Positions 1 to 8,743 of a stretch of DNA of 64,000 bases are shown here, piece after piece; the first letter of the stretch is position 1, and each line of letters starts with the position of its first letter. The DNA comes from an uncultured Verrucomicrobiae bacterium (GTDB taxonomy: Bacteria; Verrucomicrobiota; Verrucomicrobiia; Opitutales; JABDGR01). The translations under genes and the position numbers were made by a program. The notes beneath the pieces are model-generated. The model made no database searches. It was not told where the DNA came from and worked only from the letters and a program-made list of their open reading frames with translations. The stretch covers positions 1,280,001 through 1,344,000 of the forward strand of contig CAVXVB010000009.1 of NCBI GenBank assembly GCA_963765205.1. Reading direction: 5' to 3'.

Positions 1-2162
1 ATATCCTTGCGCCGTTCGGCCATGCGCGTGTCAAAATTAAGCGAAAAGTCTTTTTGCTGCTCGCGGGCTTTTTCCCAGTCAATGCGCTTCTGGAGCAGGG
101 CAAACTCTTCCAAGCTGGTACGCCGGGCTTCGCTGGCGGCGCGCAACTTGGCCGCGAGGTCGTCGGTGACCAATGAACTGCGCCACGGCCCATCGCCTTG
201 CAGGGTCAGCGAGAAGGGTTTGACACTGTCCCACGGGAGCGCGTGCTTGAGGTCACCTTCGCCAATGGGGAGAAAATCAATATCGGAGGGCAGTGGGATA
301 TCGGCCTTGACACCCCGGGACTGGACGGAATTGCCGTCGGGCAAATACCATTTTTCCATGGTAATCTTGGCCGCGCCCTTTTCCGTCGGTTCGCGGATGC
401 TGGTAAACGGATACATCTGTTGCACAGTGCCTTTGCCGTGGGTGGTTTGGTCGCCAACGATGAGCGCGCGGTGATAGTCTTGCAGAGCGCCGGCCATGAT
501 CTCCGTGGCGGAGGCGCTTTGTTTGGATTCGAGCACGATCAACGGGCCGTCCCAGAGCGGAGTCGGTTCTTCGCTGGTCATGGGCCGGTCGAATCCGTTG
601 ACGGTGCGCACGCCCAAAATCGGGCTGGGGGGGATGAAGAGACCGGCGAGGTCAATCGCCTCGGTGAGGAAACCACCGCCGTTGTCGCGCACGTCGAGCA
701 CGAGGCCATGCACACCCGCGGCCTTGAGTTTGCCGATCAATTCGCTCACATCCTCCGTGGTGCTGAATTTATCGCCGTCGCTAACTTTGCCGTAAAAGGC
801 CGGCAGATTGATCACGCCGATGGGCACGGTCTGGCTGCCGGAGGGCACCTCGATAATTTTGGCCTTGGCCAGGGAGGTGGTCATGGAGATTTTTTTCCGC
901 TGGAGCGTAACGACTTTGGCGTCGGCGTCGCCACCGTCGGCGGGAATGATTTTCAGGCGCACGGACGTGTCTTCGGCGCCACGGATCAAGCTGACGGTTT
1001 TGTTCAGCTTGATGCCGTCCACTTCCACCAGGTCGCCGGTGGCCTGGCCAACCGCGACAATTTTGTCGCCGGGGTGGAGCAGTTTGGATTGTTCCGCGGG
1101 GCCGCCGGGGACCAATTGGCCGACGACGCAAAAATCGTCCTTGTCCTCCAACACGCAGCCAATGCCAATGAGCACGTTGCTCATCTGCGAGTCGAAGGCT
1201 TCCAAGCCATTATCCGTGAAGAAATTGCTGTGCGGGTCGTATTGGTCGGCCAGGGTGTTGAGGAAAATATCCTGAACTTCGAGCGCGTCGGTCTCATCCA
1301 TGACTTTTAACAGGCTGTTGTAGCGCTTGCGCACGGCGTCCTTGGCGGCGGTGACTTTTTCGGCGAAGGTCTTGGGCGCGGCGGGCTTGGCGTCGGCCGC
1401 CGGCTTGTCCGCCGGGGCGGGGGTGGCGGGAGCTTTATCGCTCGCGGCGGACGGGGCGGCCGCGGGTGGGTTCGCGGCATCGGCAGCCTTTTTATTGGCC
1501 TGGTCAATTTCGAGCGTCTCGGAGGCCAGCAATTCGTTGATCACATCGTAACGGATTTGCTTGTCCCAGAGTTGGTCGGCTTCAGCTTGGGTGGCCGGCC
1601 AGGGCACATTGGTGCCGCCAGTGCCGGAGTCGGGGGAGGCGCTTCCATCAATGGCAATATCCCCCTGCCCGGCGGTGTCGCTGCGGTCGGGACGGAAAGT
1701 GTCGTTGCCTTGCAGGTTAATGTCGCCGTCGAGAAATTTGTTGATCCAGTCCACGCGGGCGTGAAACACATCCCGGTATTTCTGGAAAATATCGTAGGCA
1801 GGCGTGAGGTCACCGAGGAGTTCGATGTCGGTTACCAGGACCGGCGCATACTTGTCTTCGAAGGCGGTGACATCGCTCTGGAGCAAAAAAAGGTGCCGGG
1901 AATCGAGGTTGGCCATATACTCGCGCAGCAACTCGCGCTGGTCCAACTGCGCCATCTTTTGTTGCGAATAATGGTCGGCTTCCAGGTATAAGACGGTGGA
2001 GCGCGTCTCTTTGGACATCTCCTCGGTGTCAACCAGCGGCGCGGGCGCCTTGGGCGCGGACTCCGGCGGCGTGGGGACGGCCCACAAAACGGGCGCCAGG
2101 GCGGCGGCCAGCGCGGCCCCTAAAATGGTCAAACGGCGGCGGGAGGGGAATATTCCATTCAT
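1..2162 (-). CDS. prc: Carboxy-terminal processing protease (S41, Prc/Tsp family); 3' end runs off the window
   Basis: Manual translation from ATG at 2162 (MNGIFPSRRRLTILGAALAAALAPVLWA, signal-like). Contains SASATEIMAGALQDYHRALIVG...THGKGTVQ and KITMEKWYLPDGNSVQSRGVKADI. Missing from the ORF track because there is no stop in the window. Confidence 0.9.
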   Translation of the reverse strand, partial: MNGIFPSRRRLTILGAALAAALAPVLWAVPTPPESAPKAPAPLVDTEEMSKETRSTVLYLEADHYSQQKMAQLDQRELLREYMANLDSRHLFLLQSDVTAFEDKYAPVLVTDIELLGDLTPAYDIFQKYRDVFHARVDWINKFLDGDINLQGNDTFRPDRSDTAGQGDIAIDGSASPDSGTGGTNVPWPATQAEADQLWDKQIRYDVINELLASETLEIDQANKKAADAANPPAAAPSAASDKAPATPAPADKPAADAKPAAPKTFAEKVTAAKDAVRKRYNSLLKVMDETDALEVQDIFLNTLADQYDPHSNFFTDNGLEAFDSQMSNVLIGIGCVLEDKDDFCVVGQLVPGGPAEQSKLLHPGDKIVAVGQATGDLVEVDGIKLNKTVSLIRGAEDTSVRLKIIPADGGDADAKVVTLQRKKISMTTSLAKAKIIEVPSGSQTVPIGVINLPAFYGKVSDGDKFSTTEDVSELIGKLKAAGVHGLVLDVRDNGGGFLTEAIDLAGLFIPPSPILGVRTVNGFDRPMTSEEPTPLWDGPLIVLESKQSASATEIMAGALQDYHRALIVGDQTTHGKGTVQQMYPFTSIREPTEKGAAKITMEKWYLPDGNSVQSRGVKADIPLPSDIDFLPIGEGDLKHALPWDSVKPFSLTLQGDGPWRSSLVTDDLAAKLRAASEARRTSLEEFALLQKRIDWEKAREQQKDFSLNFDTRMAERRKD

Positions 2163-2407
2163 GGCAAGGATAATACTTAAGGAAGAAACAGAGTATGCAC
2201 ATTCCCGGCCCCTTGTCGAAGTCTCAATTTCAGGCAAAAATTCTTTTACAAATGCGGGGAAAGCGCAACCTCCGGCGGTGACGCGGGTGCCACCCTCCCC
2301 TTGGGCCGATGATTCCAATTTGTCATTTCATGCTTCATCCGTCATCCCTCATCCGTCATCCTTTGCTCCCTCCTTCTTAATTCATAATTCTTACCTCTTA
2401 ATTCCTC

Positions 2408-4165
2408 ATGCGCACTGTCTGGCGGGTTTCCAAATATATGCTGCGGTATCGCGGGCTGTTTCTGCTCACGATGCTGCTGGCCGTGCTGTCGGTGGGGGCA
2501 ATGATCGCCATCCCGAAGGTGGTGCAGCACATCCTGCAAAATGTAATCGCGCAGGCCGGGCCGCGCCAGCTTTGGCTTGGCGTCGGGGCAATCGCGCTGC
2601 TCTATGCCGTGCTCAGCTTCTTCAACAGTTTGCGCATCCGCGTCAACAACTCGCTCGAGCAAAAGGTGCTGCTCGATTTGCGCAGCGACGTGCATACGCG
2701 GCTGCTCGAGCTACCGGTGTCGTTCTACGATCAGCGCAAGTCGGGCGAGATTTCCTCGCGGGTGGTGGACGACGTGGCGAACGTCGAGCGCGTGTTGCTG
2801 GACGGCACCGAGCAGGGCCTGATCGCCGTGCTGACCATCGTGGGCATCAGCCTCATCCTCTGGCATGACAACCCGCTGCTGGCGCTGTGCGCGATTTCGC
2901 CGCTGCCGGTGCTCTACACCTGGGGCATCGAACACGCGCGGCGCTCGCACAAGCGCTGGAAGCGCGTGCGCGAAACCTCGAGCGACTTGAACAGCCTGCT
3001 GGTCGAGGACATCCAGGGCAACCGTCTCATCCAGACGTTCGGCCTGCAACAGCATGAGAGCCGCCGCTTCATGAAAAAAGCCCTGGCGATGCGCGCGGCC
3101 ACCCTCGACGCGATGTTCGCCTGGGCCACGTATGGGCCGGGCACGACGTTCGTCACCAACCTCGGCCTCGTCGCCATCATCGGCGTCGGTGGCTGGCTGA
3201 TGTCGGTTAACCCGGATTTGTTCAACTTTCCACAACTGGTCGCCTTCGTGATGTATGCGGGGCTGCTTTACGAACCGGTCGGCCAGTTGCACCAAATCAA
3301 CCAATGGATCAGCCAGGGGCGAGCCTCGGGCGAGCGCGTGTTCGAAATCCTCGACCACCCGATTGACATCGCCAGCCCGCGCACCCCCACCCCGCTGCCG
3401 CCCGGCCCGCTGGGTGCGCGTTTTGACCACGCTGCGTTTGCCTACACTGGCCGCCCGGCGGTGCTGGAGGATTTTTCGCTGGAGCTGCCCGCCGGGCGCG
3501 TGACGGCGCTCGTCGGCCACACTGGCGCGGGCAAAAGCACCGTCGCCAACCTCGTCATGCGCGCCTACGACGTGACCGGCGGGAGGGTATTGCTCGGCGG
3601 CGTGGACGTGCGCGAGTTGGATTTGCGCGAGCTGCACGCCAAGGTCGGCTTCGTCGCGCAAGACCCGTTTTTATTCGAGGGCACTGTCGCGGAAAACTTG
3701 GCGCTCGTGCGCCCGAACGTGGCCGAGGAAGCGATGCTGGCCGCGCTCGACGGGGCGGCGGCGCTCGACTTCGTCCTCGCCCTGCCCCAGGGCCTGCACA
3801 CCAACATCGGCGAAAAAGGCATCCGCCTCTCGCAGGGCGAAAAGCAGCGCCTGACCATCGCGCGCGTGCTGCTGAAAAACCCGCCCTTCGTCATCCTCGA
3901 CGAGGCGACCGCGAGCGTGGACACGATCACCGAGCGCCAAATCCAGCGCGCGCTGGACAATTTGATGCGCGAGCGCACCGTGCTCGTCATCGCCCACCGC
4001 CTCTCCACCGTGCGCAAGGCCGACAACATCGTCGTGCTGCACCATGGCCGTATCCTCGAGCAAGGCACCCACGACGAACTGCGCGCCGCCGGCGGCCGCT
4101 ACGCCAGCCTCTGGGACCACCAGGTGGACTTGATTGACGAGCGCGAGGAGTTGCCCGCGGGGTGA
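2408..4165 (+). CDS. ABC transporter, fused permease/ATPase (MsbA/MdlB-like exporter)
   Basis: N-terminal TM domain, Walker A GHTGAGKS, signature LSQGEKQR, Walker B ILDEAT, IAHRLST. Confidence 0.93.
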   Translation: MRTVWRVSKYMLRYRGLFLLTMLLAVLSVGAMIAIPKVVQHILQNVIAQAGPRQLWLGVGAIALLYAVLSFFNSLRIRVNNSLEQKVLLDLRSDVHTRLLELPVSFYDQRKSGEISSRVVDDVANVERVLLDGTEQGLIAVLTIVGISLILWHDNPLLALCAISPLPVLYTWGIEHARRSHKRWKRVRETSSDLNSLLVEDIQGNRLIQTFGLQQHESRRFMKKALAMRAATLDAMFAWATYGPGTTFVTNLGLVAIIGVGGWLMSVNPDLFNFPQLVAFVMYAGLLYEPVGQLHQINQWISQGRASGERVFEILDHPIDIASPRTPTPLPPGPLGARFDHAAFAYTGRPAVLEDFSLELPAGRVTALVGHTGAGKSTVANLVMRAYDVTGGRVLLGGVDVRELDLRELHAKVGFVAQDPFLFEGTVAENLALVRPNVAEEAMLAALDGAAALDFVLALPQGLHTNIGEKGIRLSQGEKQRLTIARVLLKNPPFVILDEATASVDTITERQIQRALDNLMRERTVLVIAHRLSTVRKADNIVVLHHGRILEQGTHDELRAAGGRYASLWDHQVDLIDEREELPAG

Positions 4166-4229
4166 GTGGGGGTGATTTTTATACCCGTTATTTTGCTGAC
4201 CAAATCGCCCAATTGTGATATAGAAGTAT

Positions 4230-4739
4230 ATGGAAAACACTCAATCATCTTTCGGCGAACGACCCGAATACGAAAGTGTTCGACAGAAATATCACATTAC
4301 TGAAGCGAACGTTAAATCTTTTGGCTTGTTTACTCTCATGGCGGCGGCTCTTTGCTTTGTTTTAGCTGCGTCAAGGGCATATAGCGACACCCCCGAAGGT
4401 TTGATTAAGCCACCTTCGGTTGCTGAGTTTACGCTTTGGGGCATTTTTTCATTCATTACAGGCATTGGTCTAATACGGCTTTCTACTTGGGCAAGAATTC
4501 CTGCCATCGTATTTTCTTGTTTTGCCTTGGTTCATTTCCCCATGGGCACTTTGTTCGGCGCCCTAATGCTTTATGCGATTCTCAACCCTAAAGCGGCAAT
4601 GGTCTTTTCAGGCGAATACAAGCAAATCATTGCCAACACACCACAGGTAAGGCACCGTACATCTGCTTTTTGTTATATGCTTTTATTTCTATTCATTGTA
4701 TTCTTTATTTGGGTAGTCGTGCATGGGTTTAGCTCCTGA
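4230..4739 (+). CDS. Hypothetical membrane protein, AT-rich relative to flanks
   Basis: 169 aa ORF with several hydrophobic segments. Confidence 0.7.
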   Translation: MENTQSSFGERPEYESVRQKYHITEANVKSFGLFTLMAAALCFVLAASRAYSDTPEGLIKPPSVAEFTLWGIFSFITGIGLIRLSTWARIPAIVFSCFALVHFPMGTLFGALMLYAILNPKAAMVFSGEYKQIIANTPQVRHRTSAFCYMLLFLFIVFFIWVVVHGFSS

Positions 4740-4798
4740 AGAAACTGTGTTTTAATCGCTAAAATACACTGCAAGTACAAATTCCATCCGTGTAATCC

Positions 4799-5233
4799 GT
4801 GGTTCACTCTTCTGAAAAACCCCTCTTTGTTCAGCAACGCGCCGTCGAGTTCCATGAGACCGACGCGGCGGGGCTGGTCCATTTCACCAACCTCTTCCGC
4901 TGGATGGAAGCCGCCGAGCTGGCGTTTCTGCACGAGCGCGACGTGGCGGTGCTGGCCGTGGACGCGGTAAGAAATTCCGGCTGGCCGCGCGCCGCCGTCC
5001 ACGCCGAGTTCCTCGCGCCGCTGCGCTTTGGCGACCAGGTCGAGACGCGCCTGTGGGTGCGCAAAATCGGGACGAGTAGCATCACCTACCGCTTTGAGGT
5101 CTGGCGCTTGAACGGCTGCGGCGGGCCGCACCTCTCCGCCACCGGTGAAATCACCAGTGTCCACGTCGCGCGCCTCAAGGGTAAAATCCGCCCCGCACCC
5201 CTGCCGGCAACGATAAAGAGAAAACTGAAGTAA
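4799..5233 (+). CDS. Acyl-CoA thioesterase (4HBT/YbgC hot-dog fold)
   Basis: VEFHETDAAGLVHFTNLFRWMEAAE and EFLAPLRFGD motifs. Confidence 0.88.
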   Translation: MVHSSEKPLFVQQRAVEFHETDAAGLVHFTNLFRWMEAAELAFLHERDVAVLAVDAVRNSGWPRAAVHAEFLAPLRFGDQVETRLWVRKIGTSSITYRFEVWRLNGCGGPHLSATGEITSVHVARLKGKIRPAPLPATIKRKLK

Positions 5234-5323
5234 TGCACCGCAAAGGCGCAAAGAGCGCAAAGAGGGAATTCTGTTAATTCTGTCAAAAAAGCCTTTGCGC
5301 TCTTTGCGCCTTTGCGGTGCATT
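5232..5323. repeat. Intergenic REP-like inverted repeat pair
   Basis: AATGCACCGCAAAGGCGCAAAGAGCGCAAAG (5232-5262) is the exact reverse complement of 5293-5323. A related unit lies at ~58025-58051. Confidence 0.85.
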
Positions 5324-5334
5324 CAACTTCCCCT

Positions 5335-6075
5335 ATGAAATTCATCGCCCATCGCGGAGCCTCCGCCCTCGCTCCTGAGAACACTGTCGCCGCCGTACGC
5401 TTGGCCGCTGCGCTGGGCGCGGATGGCGTCGAGGTGGACGTGCGGCTGACCCGCGACTGCCAGCTCGCTGTGCTCCACGACACCGACACGCGCCGCGTCG
5501 CGCCGAACCAGCCGGTCTATACCGCCAAGCGCCGCCGGTTGAAAGAGTTGCAGTCGCTGGATGTTGGTTCCTGGAAAGACCCGAAATTCGCGGGCGAACG
5601 CGTGCCTGCGCTCGGCGAAGTATTGGCCGCGCTCGGCCCGGAGCAGGAAATTTTCATCGAACTGAAGTCGCGCGAATACGACGAGATTCTGGCCAAGCTC
5701 AACCGCCTGCTCGACCCGCAGGCGGCGACCGGCTTTCCCGCCGCTCGCGTCGTGTTGATGAGTTTTGACGGCACGCTTGTGCGCAAAATCAAAAAGGCGC
5801 GGCCCGCCTGGCGCGTCCTGCTGCTGCTCAACCACAAGCCCTCGCGCCACCTGTATGGGCAAATTTTGTCGGCAGTGCGCGCTAAGTTCATAGACGGCAT
5901 TGGCCAAAACCGCACCTGGGCGCTCAAGGACGAGGAATATGCCGAGTTGCGCGAGAACGGCGCAATTTTGTCGGTCTGGACGGTGGATAATCCAACGGAA
6001 GTGGCGGCGTGGAAGAAATGGGGGTTTGATTATTTGACGAGCAATCGGGCGGAAAGGATGAAGGTTGAGGGATGA
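5335..6075 (+). CDS. Glycerophosphodiester phosphodiesterase
   Basis: IAHRGASALAPENT, GVEVDVRLTRD, HD, IELKS and VWTVD motifs. Confidence 0.92.
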   Translation: MKFIAHRGASALAPENTVAAVRLAAALGADGVEVDVRLTRDCQLAVLHDTDTRRVAPNQPVYTAKRRRLKELQSLDVGSWKDPKFAGERVPALGEVLAALGPEQEIFIELKSREYDEILAKLNRLLDPQAATGFPAARVVLMSFDGTLVRKIKKARPAWRVLLLLNHKPSRHLYGQILSAVRAKFIDGIGQNRTWALKDEEYAELRENGAILSVWTVDNPTEVAAWKKWGFDYLTSNRAERMKVEG

Positions 6076-6203
6076 AGGATGAAATTCCTGAATGCTGAAT
6101 TCTGATTACTGAATGCTCTAAAATAATTGCCTGCTGCTACCCGCGCTCGGAATTGTTCGCCAGCATTCAGCAATCGGCCTTTCCGGATTCATCCTTCATC
6201 CTT
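6057..6203. repeat. Heptamer-type (GGATGAA/TTCATCC, TGCTGAA) intergenic repeats in inverted arrangement
   Basis: The same units recur at ~2325-2400 and ~53175-53270. Confidence 0.65.
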
Positions 6204-6206
6204 ATT

Positions 6207-6701
6207 TTAGCCTCTGATAATCTGTTCTGTCACCACAGCCAGCGGCTCCCCCGGCGCACAATCCGCGCGAATCGCCACAAATCCGCCGCGGTGCTGATCA
6301 AACCACGGCCAGACGAGCACTTTATCCGTCGGCGGGATAGGCAGCGCGTCAATTTCCTCACGCGGGAAAAAGGCAAATTCGCCCTCGTCGCCCGTAGGCG
6401 GCAACGCCGGAAGCGTTTTTTTGCAATCGAACAAAAACATCAGCCAGTGCCCGCCGCCTTCGTAATTTTTTTCGGAGATGTAGCCGAACAGGTGCAAATC
6501 CTGTGCGGTGACGGCCAAGCCGACCTCCTCGGCGGTTTCGCGGATGGCGCACTCGAAGGGCGATTCGCCGCGGGCCATTTCCAGCTTGCCGCCGATGGGG
6601 CTCCAGCAGCCGAGGTTGGGCGCCTTGCGCCGCTTGATAAGCAGCAGCCGCCCACGCGCCTCGCGCAAAAACACCAGCACGCTGATTTTGAACGCGGTCA
6701 T
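6207..6701 (-). CDS. NUDIX hydrolase
   Basis: Nudix box GGKLEMARGESPFECAIRETAEEVGL. Confidence 0.92.
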   Translation of the reverse strand: MTAFKISVLVFLREARGRLLLIKRRKAPNLGCWSPIGGKLEMARGESPFECAIRETAEEVGLAVTAQDLHLFGYISEKNYEGGGHWLMFLFDCKKTLPALPPTGDEGEFAFFPREEIDALPIPPTDKVLVWPWFDQHRGGFVAIRADCAPGEPLAVVTEQIIRG

Positions 6702-6994
6702 TCCTTTTTTTTGAGTGTTACTTTTAGCGCGCGAATTTGCAAACTATTCGTTGAAGATGCTGTTATACGGGTATTGTATCGGCGCTAAAGCATTGAGCAT
6801 CTCGCCATTAAAGCCCAGCAATGGCGAAGGCGGAAAAACTGCGTCGCTCGAAGTTCATTACTCGGGTGAGACTTGCTTTGCGGAATACCGGAAGTAGTCG
6901 CGCAGGTTGGCCCGCTGGCCCGCGCCTTGTTTATTGGTTGGCGTATGGGATTATATTCGCAAGCGGAATCGGTTGGCCGGGTCTTGCCTGGCGG

Positions 6995-7112
6995 TTACCG
7001 ATCTCGCCTGGTTGACCCATTCACTGCCGACTCCGTAAGCAACCCCCCCTGCGATGTCATCGCCAGTGGAACGCCCCTCGGGATCGAATTTGGTCCAAGG
7101 ATTCTGGCAGAC
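6995..7112 (-). pseudogene. Orphan Rhs core-end (NPWTKFDPEG) remnant with a decayed C-terminal tip
   Basis: Minus strand reads CQNPWTKFDPEGRSTGDDIAGG. 7074-7108 matches 45881-45915 at 33/35 nt. Confidence 0.7.
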
Positions 7113-7434
7113 ACACGTCTTCGACAGTCAGTGGACCACCCCAGCCCTGATTTCGCTTTTTTACGAAATATCTTGCAACCCCCTTGTTTTTTACTGGTTT
7201 AGTGTCGTTGTTATCAGGTATAGTCACCTTTCACCTCCTTCCACCATGAACTGGTCCATACATCTAATCGCTACGGCGGTATTCCTTACCAGGGAATCCC
7301 GTCGAGGTTCGTTGTGCCCCAGAATTCAAGCCCGGCAGAGCGATAATCCAATGCCTAAAGATTATCTGCAAACCGCAAATATTGGTGCATCCGGAAGTGA
7401 CAGGTCTTGAGCGATCGCTATCGTTAGCTTCGCC

Positions 7435-7468
7435 AACCCACTTCCCGCACGGAGGTGGGTTTTTTGTT
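7435..7468 (+). terminator. Intrinsic terminator-like hairpin
   Basis: AACCCACTTCC-CGCAC-GGAGGTGGGTT followed by a T-run. Confidence 0.6.
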
Positions 7469-7652
7469 GGTCCAATCCGCAACCCGCCTCCTTTGCCCGC
7501 TTGAATACGCTTCTTTTGCAAATCCTTTCCGTGGCTTCACCGCTGAGCCCAATTGAATCAGCCTGCGCCCGCGCCAAATCCCGCGGCCGTCCAATCCGTT
7601 TGGCTATGGCCAGGCGAGAGGGGCGACGGTGTGTGTTCTTTTGCGAAAATTG

Positions 7653-7682
7653 TCCGGGTCACGATTTTTATCGTGACCCGGA
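7653..7682. promoter_or_regulatory. Perfect 13-bp inverted repeat upstream of the tRNA array (candidate operator or hairpin)
   Basis: TCCGGGTCACGAT-TTTT-ATCGTGACCCGGA. Confidence 0.45.
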
Positions 7683-7771
7683 TCGCCAGCCGGCGGCGTT
7701 ACGCCGGTAGTAAAGCCTGCGCGGCGCGTCCCTGAACTTTTTAGATCAGGCATTAGCCCCGCTCGCTTTGC

Positions 7772-7845
7772 CGTCTCGTCGTCTAACCAGTGCAGGATTT
7801 CGGCTTTTCACGCTGAAGATGCGGGTGCAACTCCCGTCGGGACGT
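7772..7845 (+). tRNA. tRNA-Glu(TTC), non-canonical elbow
   Basis: Acceptor CGTCTCG/CGGGACG, anticodon arm TCGGC-TTTTCAC-GCTGA, T arm GCGGG-TGCAACT-CCCGT. Confidence 0.82.
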
Positions 7846-7855
7846 TCATTTTTAA

Positions 7856-7926
7856 GCGTGCGTGGCGAAGCAGCAACGCAGCGGTCTGCCAGTCCGCAGT
7901 CCCGGGTGCGACTCCCGGCGCGCGCA
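7856..7926 (+). tRNA. tRNA-Gly(GCC), non-canonical elbow
   Basis: Acceptor GCGTGCG/CGCGCGC, anticodon loop CTGCCAG, T arm CCGGG-TGCGACT-CCCGG. Confidence 0.8.
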
Positions 7927-7932
7927 AGTTTT

Positions 7933-8005
7933 GCAGCCTTGGTGTCAATAGCAGCACAGCGGACTTTTAATCCGCAAGGTGTGGGTGCAAGTCCCACAGG
8001 CTGCA
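7933..8005 (+). tRNA. tRNA-Lys(TTT), non-canonical elbow
   Basis: Acceptor GCAGCCT/AGGCTGC, GCGGA-CTTTTAA-TCCGC, GTGGG-TGCAAGT-CCCAC. Confidence 0.9.
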
Positions 8006-8014
8006 CGACTTTTA

Positions 8015-8087
8015 CGCGACGTGCCCGAGCAGCAAAGGGGCTGGTCTGCAAAACCAGTGAGCGCGGGTGCAAGTCCCGTCGTCGCGT
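8015..8087 (+). tRNA. tRNA-Cys(GCA), non-canonical elbow
   Basis: Acceptor CGCGACG/CGTCGCG, CTGGT-CTGCAAA-ACCAG, U73 discriminator as expected for Cys. Confidence 0.88.
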
Positions 8088-8096
8088 CTATTTTTA

Positions 8097-8169
8097 GGGG
8101 GCATGGTGTTCAACAGCAACATTCGATGTTCGCATGGTCGAGATGCGGGTGCAACTCCCGCTGCCTCCA
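8097..8169 (+). tRNA. tRNA-Ala(CGC), non-canonical elbow
   Basis: Acceptor GGGGGCA/TGCCTCC with the G3:U70 Ala determinant, loop TTCGCAT, one mismatch in the anticodon stem. Confidence 0.82.
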
Positions 8170-8177
8170 CGCTTTAC

Positions 8178-8250
8178 ACGTCCGTAGTTCCAGGGAACTG
8201 CCCGGTCTCCAAAACCAGGCGGGCAGGTGCGACCCCTGCCGGGCGTGCCA
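8178..8250 (+). tRNA. tRNA-Trp(CCA), very short D loop, encoded CCA end
   Basis: Acceptor ACGTCCG/CGGGCGT, D arm GTTC-CAGG-GAAC, loop CTCCAAA, G73-CCA. Confidence 0.82.
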
Positions 8251-8256
8251 ATTTTG

Positions 8257-8332
8257 GGAGGCTAAGCTAATCTAGTGAAAGCGCGCGGCTGAAGCCCGCG
8301 AGAGCGCGGCGCAAAACCGCGAGCCTCCACCA
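8257..8332 (+). tRNA. tRNA-Phe(GAA), encoded CCA end
   Basis: Acceptor GGAGGCT/AGCCTCC, CGCGG-CTGAAGC-CCGCG, T loop CGCAAAA, ends ACCA. Confidence 0.82.
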
Positions 8333-8337
8333 TTTTC

Positions 8338-8408
8338 CGCGGGCTGGGCGAGGTCCCCGCCTGGTCTCATAAGCCACGGCGTGGCCGGTGCAACTCCGGC
8401 GCCCGCCA
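8338..8408 (+). tRNA. tRNA-Met(CAT), initiator-like acceptor, divergent
   Basis: CGCGGGC/GCCCGCC with a 1:72 mismatch, loop CTCATAA, GCCGG-TGCAACT-CCGGC. The anticodon stem is weak. Confidence 0.68.
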
Positions 8409-8419
8409 TTTTTCTTTAT

Positions 8420-8491
8420 CAGGCCATGGCAGAGCAGCAATGCACTCCGTTCGGGACGGAGACAGCGCCGGTGCAAGTCCGGCTGGCCTGA
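8420..8491 (+). tRNA. tRNA-Pro(CGG), non-canonical elbow
   Basis: Acceptor CAGGCCA/TGGCCTG (C1:G72, A73), CTCCG-TTCGGGA-CGGAG. Confidence 0.88.
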
Positions 8492-8500
8492 CTTTATTAC

Positions 8501-8573
8501 GCAGCGGAAGACAAACAGCAGAGTCGCCACCTTGTCACGGTGGAGAGAGCGGGGGCAGCACCCGTCCGCCGCG
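8501..8573 (+). tRNA. tRNA-Asp(GTC), non-canonical elbow
   Basis: CCACC-TTGTCAC-GGTGG, G73, T loop GGCAGCA, one acceptor mismatch. Confidence 0.8.
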
Positions 8574-8584
8574 CCCTTTTCGAT

Positions 8585-8657
8585 CGAGGCGTCGCCAAGC
8601 AGCCAAGGCATCTGGCCTACACCCAGACACGCGGGGGTGAGAGTCCCTCCGCCTCGA
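8585..8657 (+). tRNA. tRNA-Val(TAC), C at position 33
   Basis: Acceptor CGAGGCG/CGCCTCG, TCTGG-CCTACAC-CCAGA, T loop TGAGAGT. Confidence 0.8.
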
Positions 8658-8666
8658 CCCTTTCCT

Positions 8667-8740
8667 TGCCGGGTAGCTCAACAGCAGAGTGTCCGGTTGT
8701 TACCCGGATGATGCAGGTGCGATTCCTGCCCCGGCAGCCA
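8667..8740 (+). tRNA. tRNA-Asn(GTT), encoded CCA end
   Basis: Acceptor TGCCGGG/CCCGGCA, TCCGG-TTGTTAC-CCGGA, G73-CCA. Confidence 0.9.
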
Positions 8741-8743
8741 TTA

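Noticed and set aside
198..1991. Long plus-strand ORFs (198-1310, 1557-1991) and other long antisense ORFs (e.g. 13420-15291, 23694-26444, 53480-55270)
   Set aside because: These are shadow frames of real genes on the opposite strand, typical of high-GC DNA.
7360..7435. Possible riboswitch before the terminator at 7435
   Set aside because: Only a vague resemblance (GCAAACC) to c-di-GMP-I, and the conserved core could not be built. An Rfam/Infernal scan would be needed.
7746..8711. Short ORFs listed across 7.7-8.7 kb
   Set aside because: They are spurious frames over the tRNA array.
7772..8740. CRISPR-like periodicity (GGGTGCAACTCCC roughly every 80 nt)
   Set aside because: The recurring unit is the tRNA T arm. 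The intervening sequences fold as cloverleaves, and there are no cas genes.
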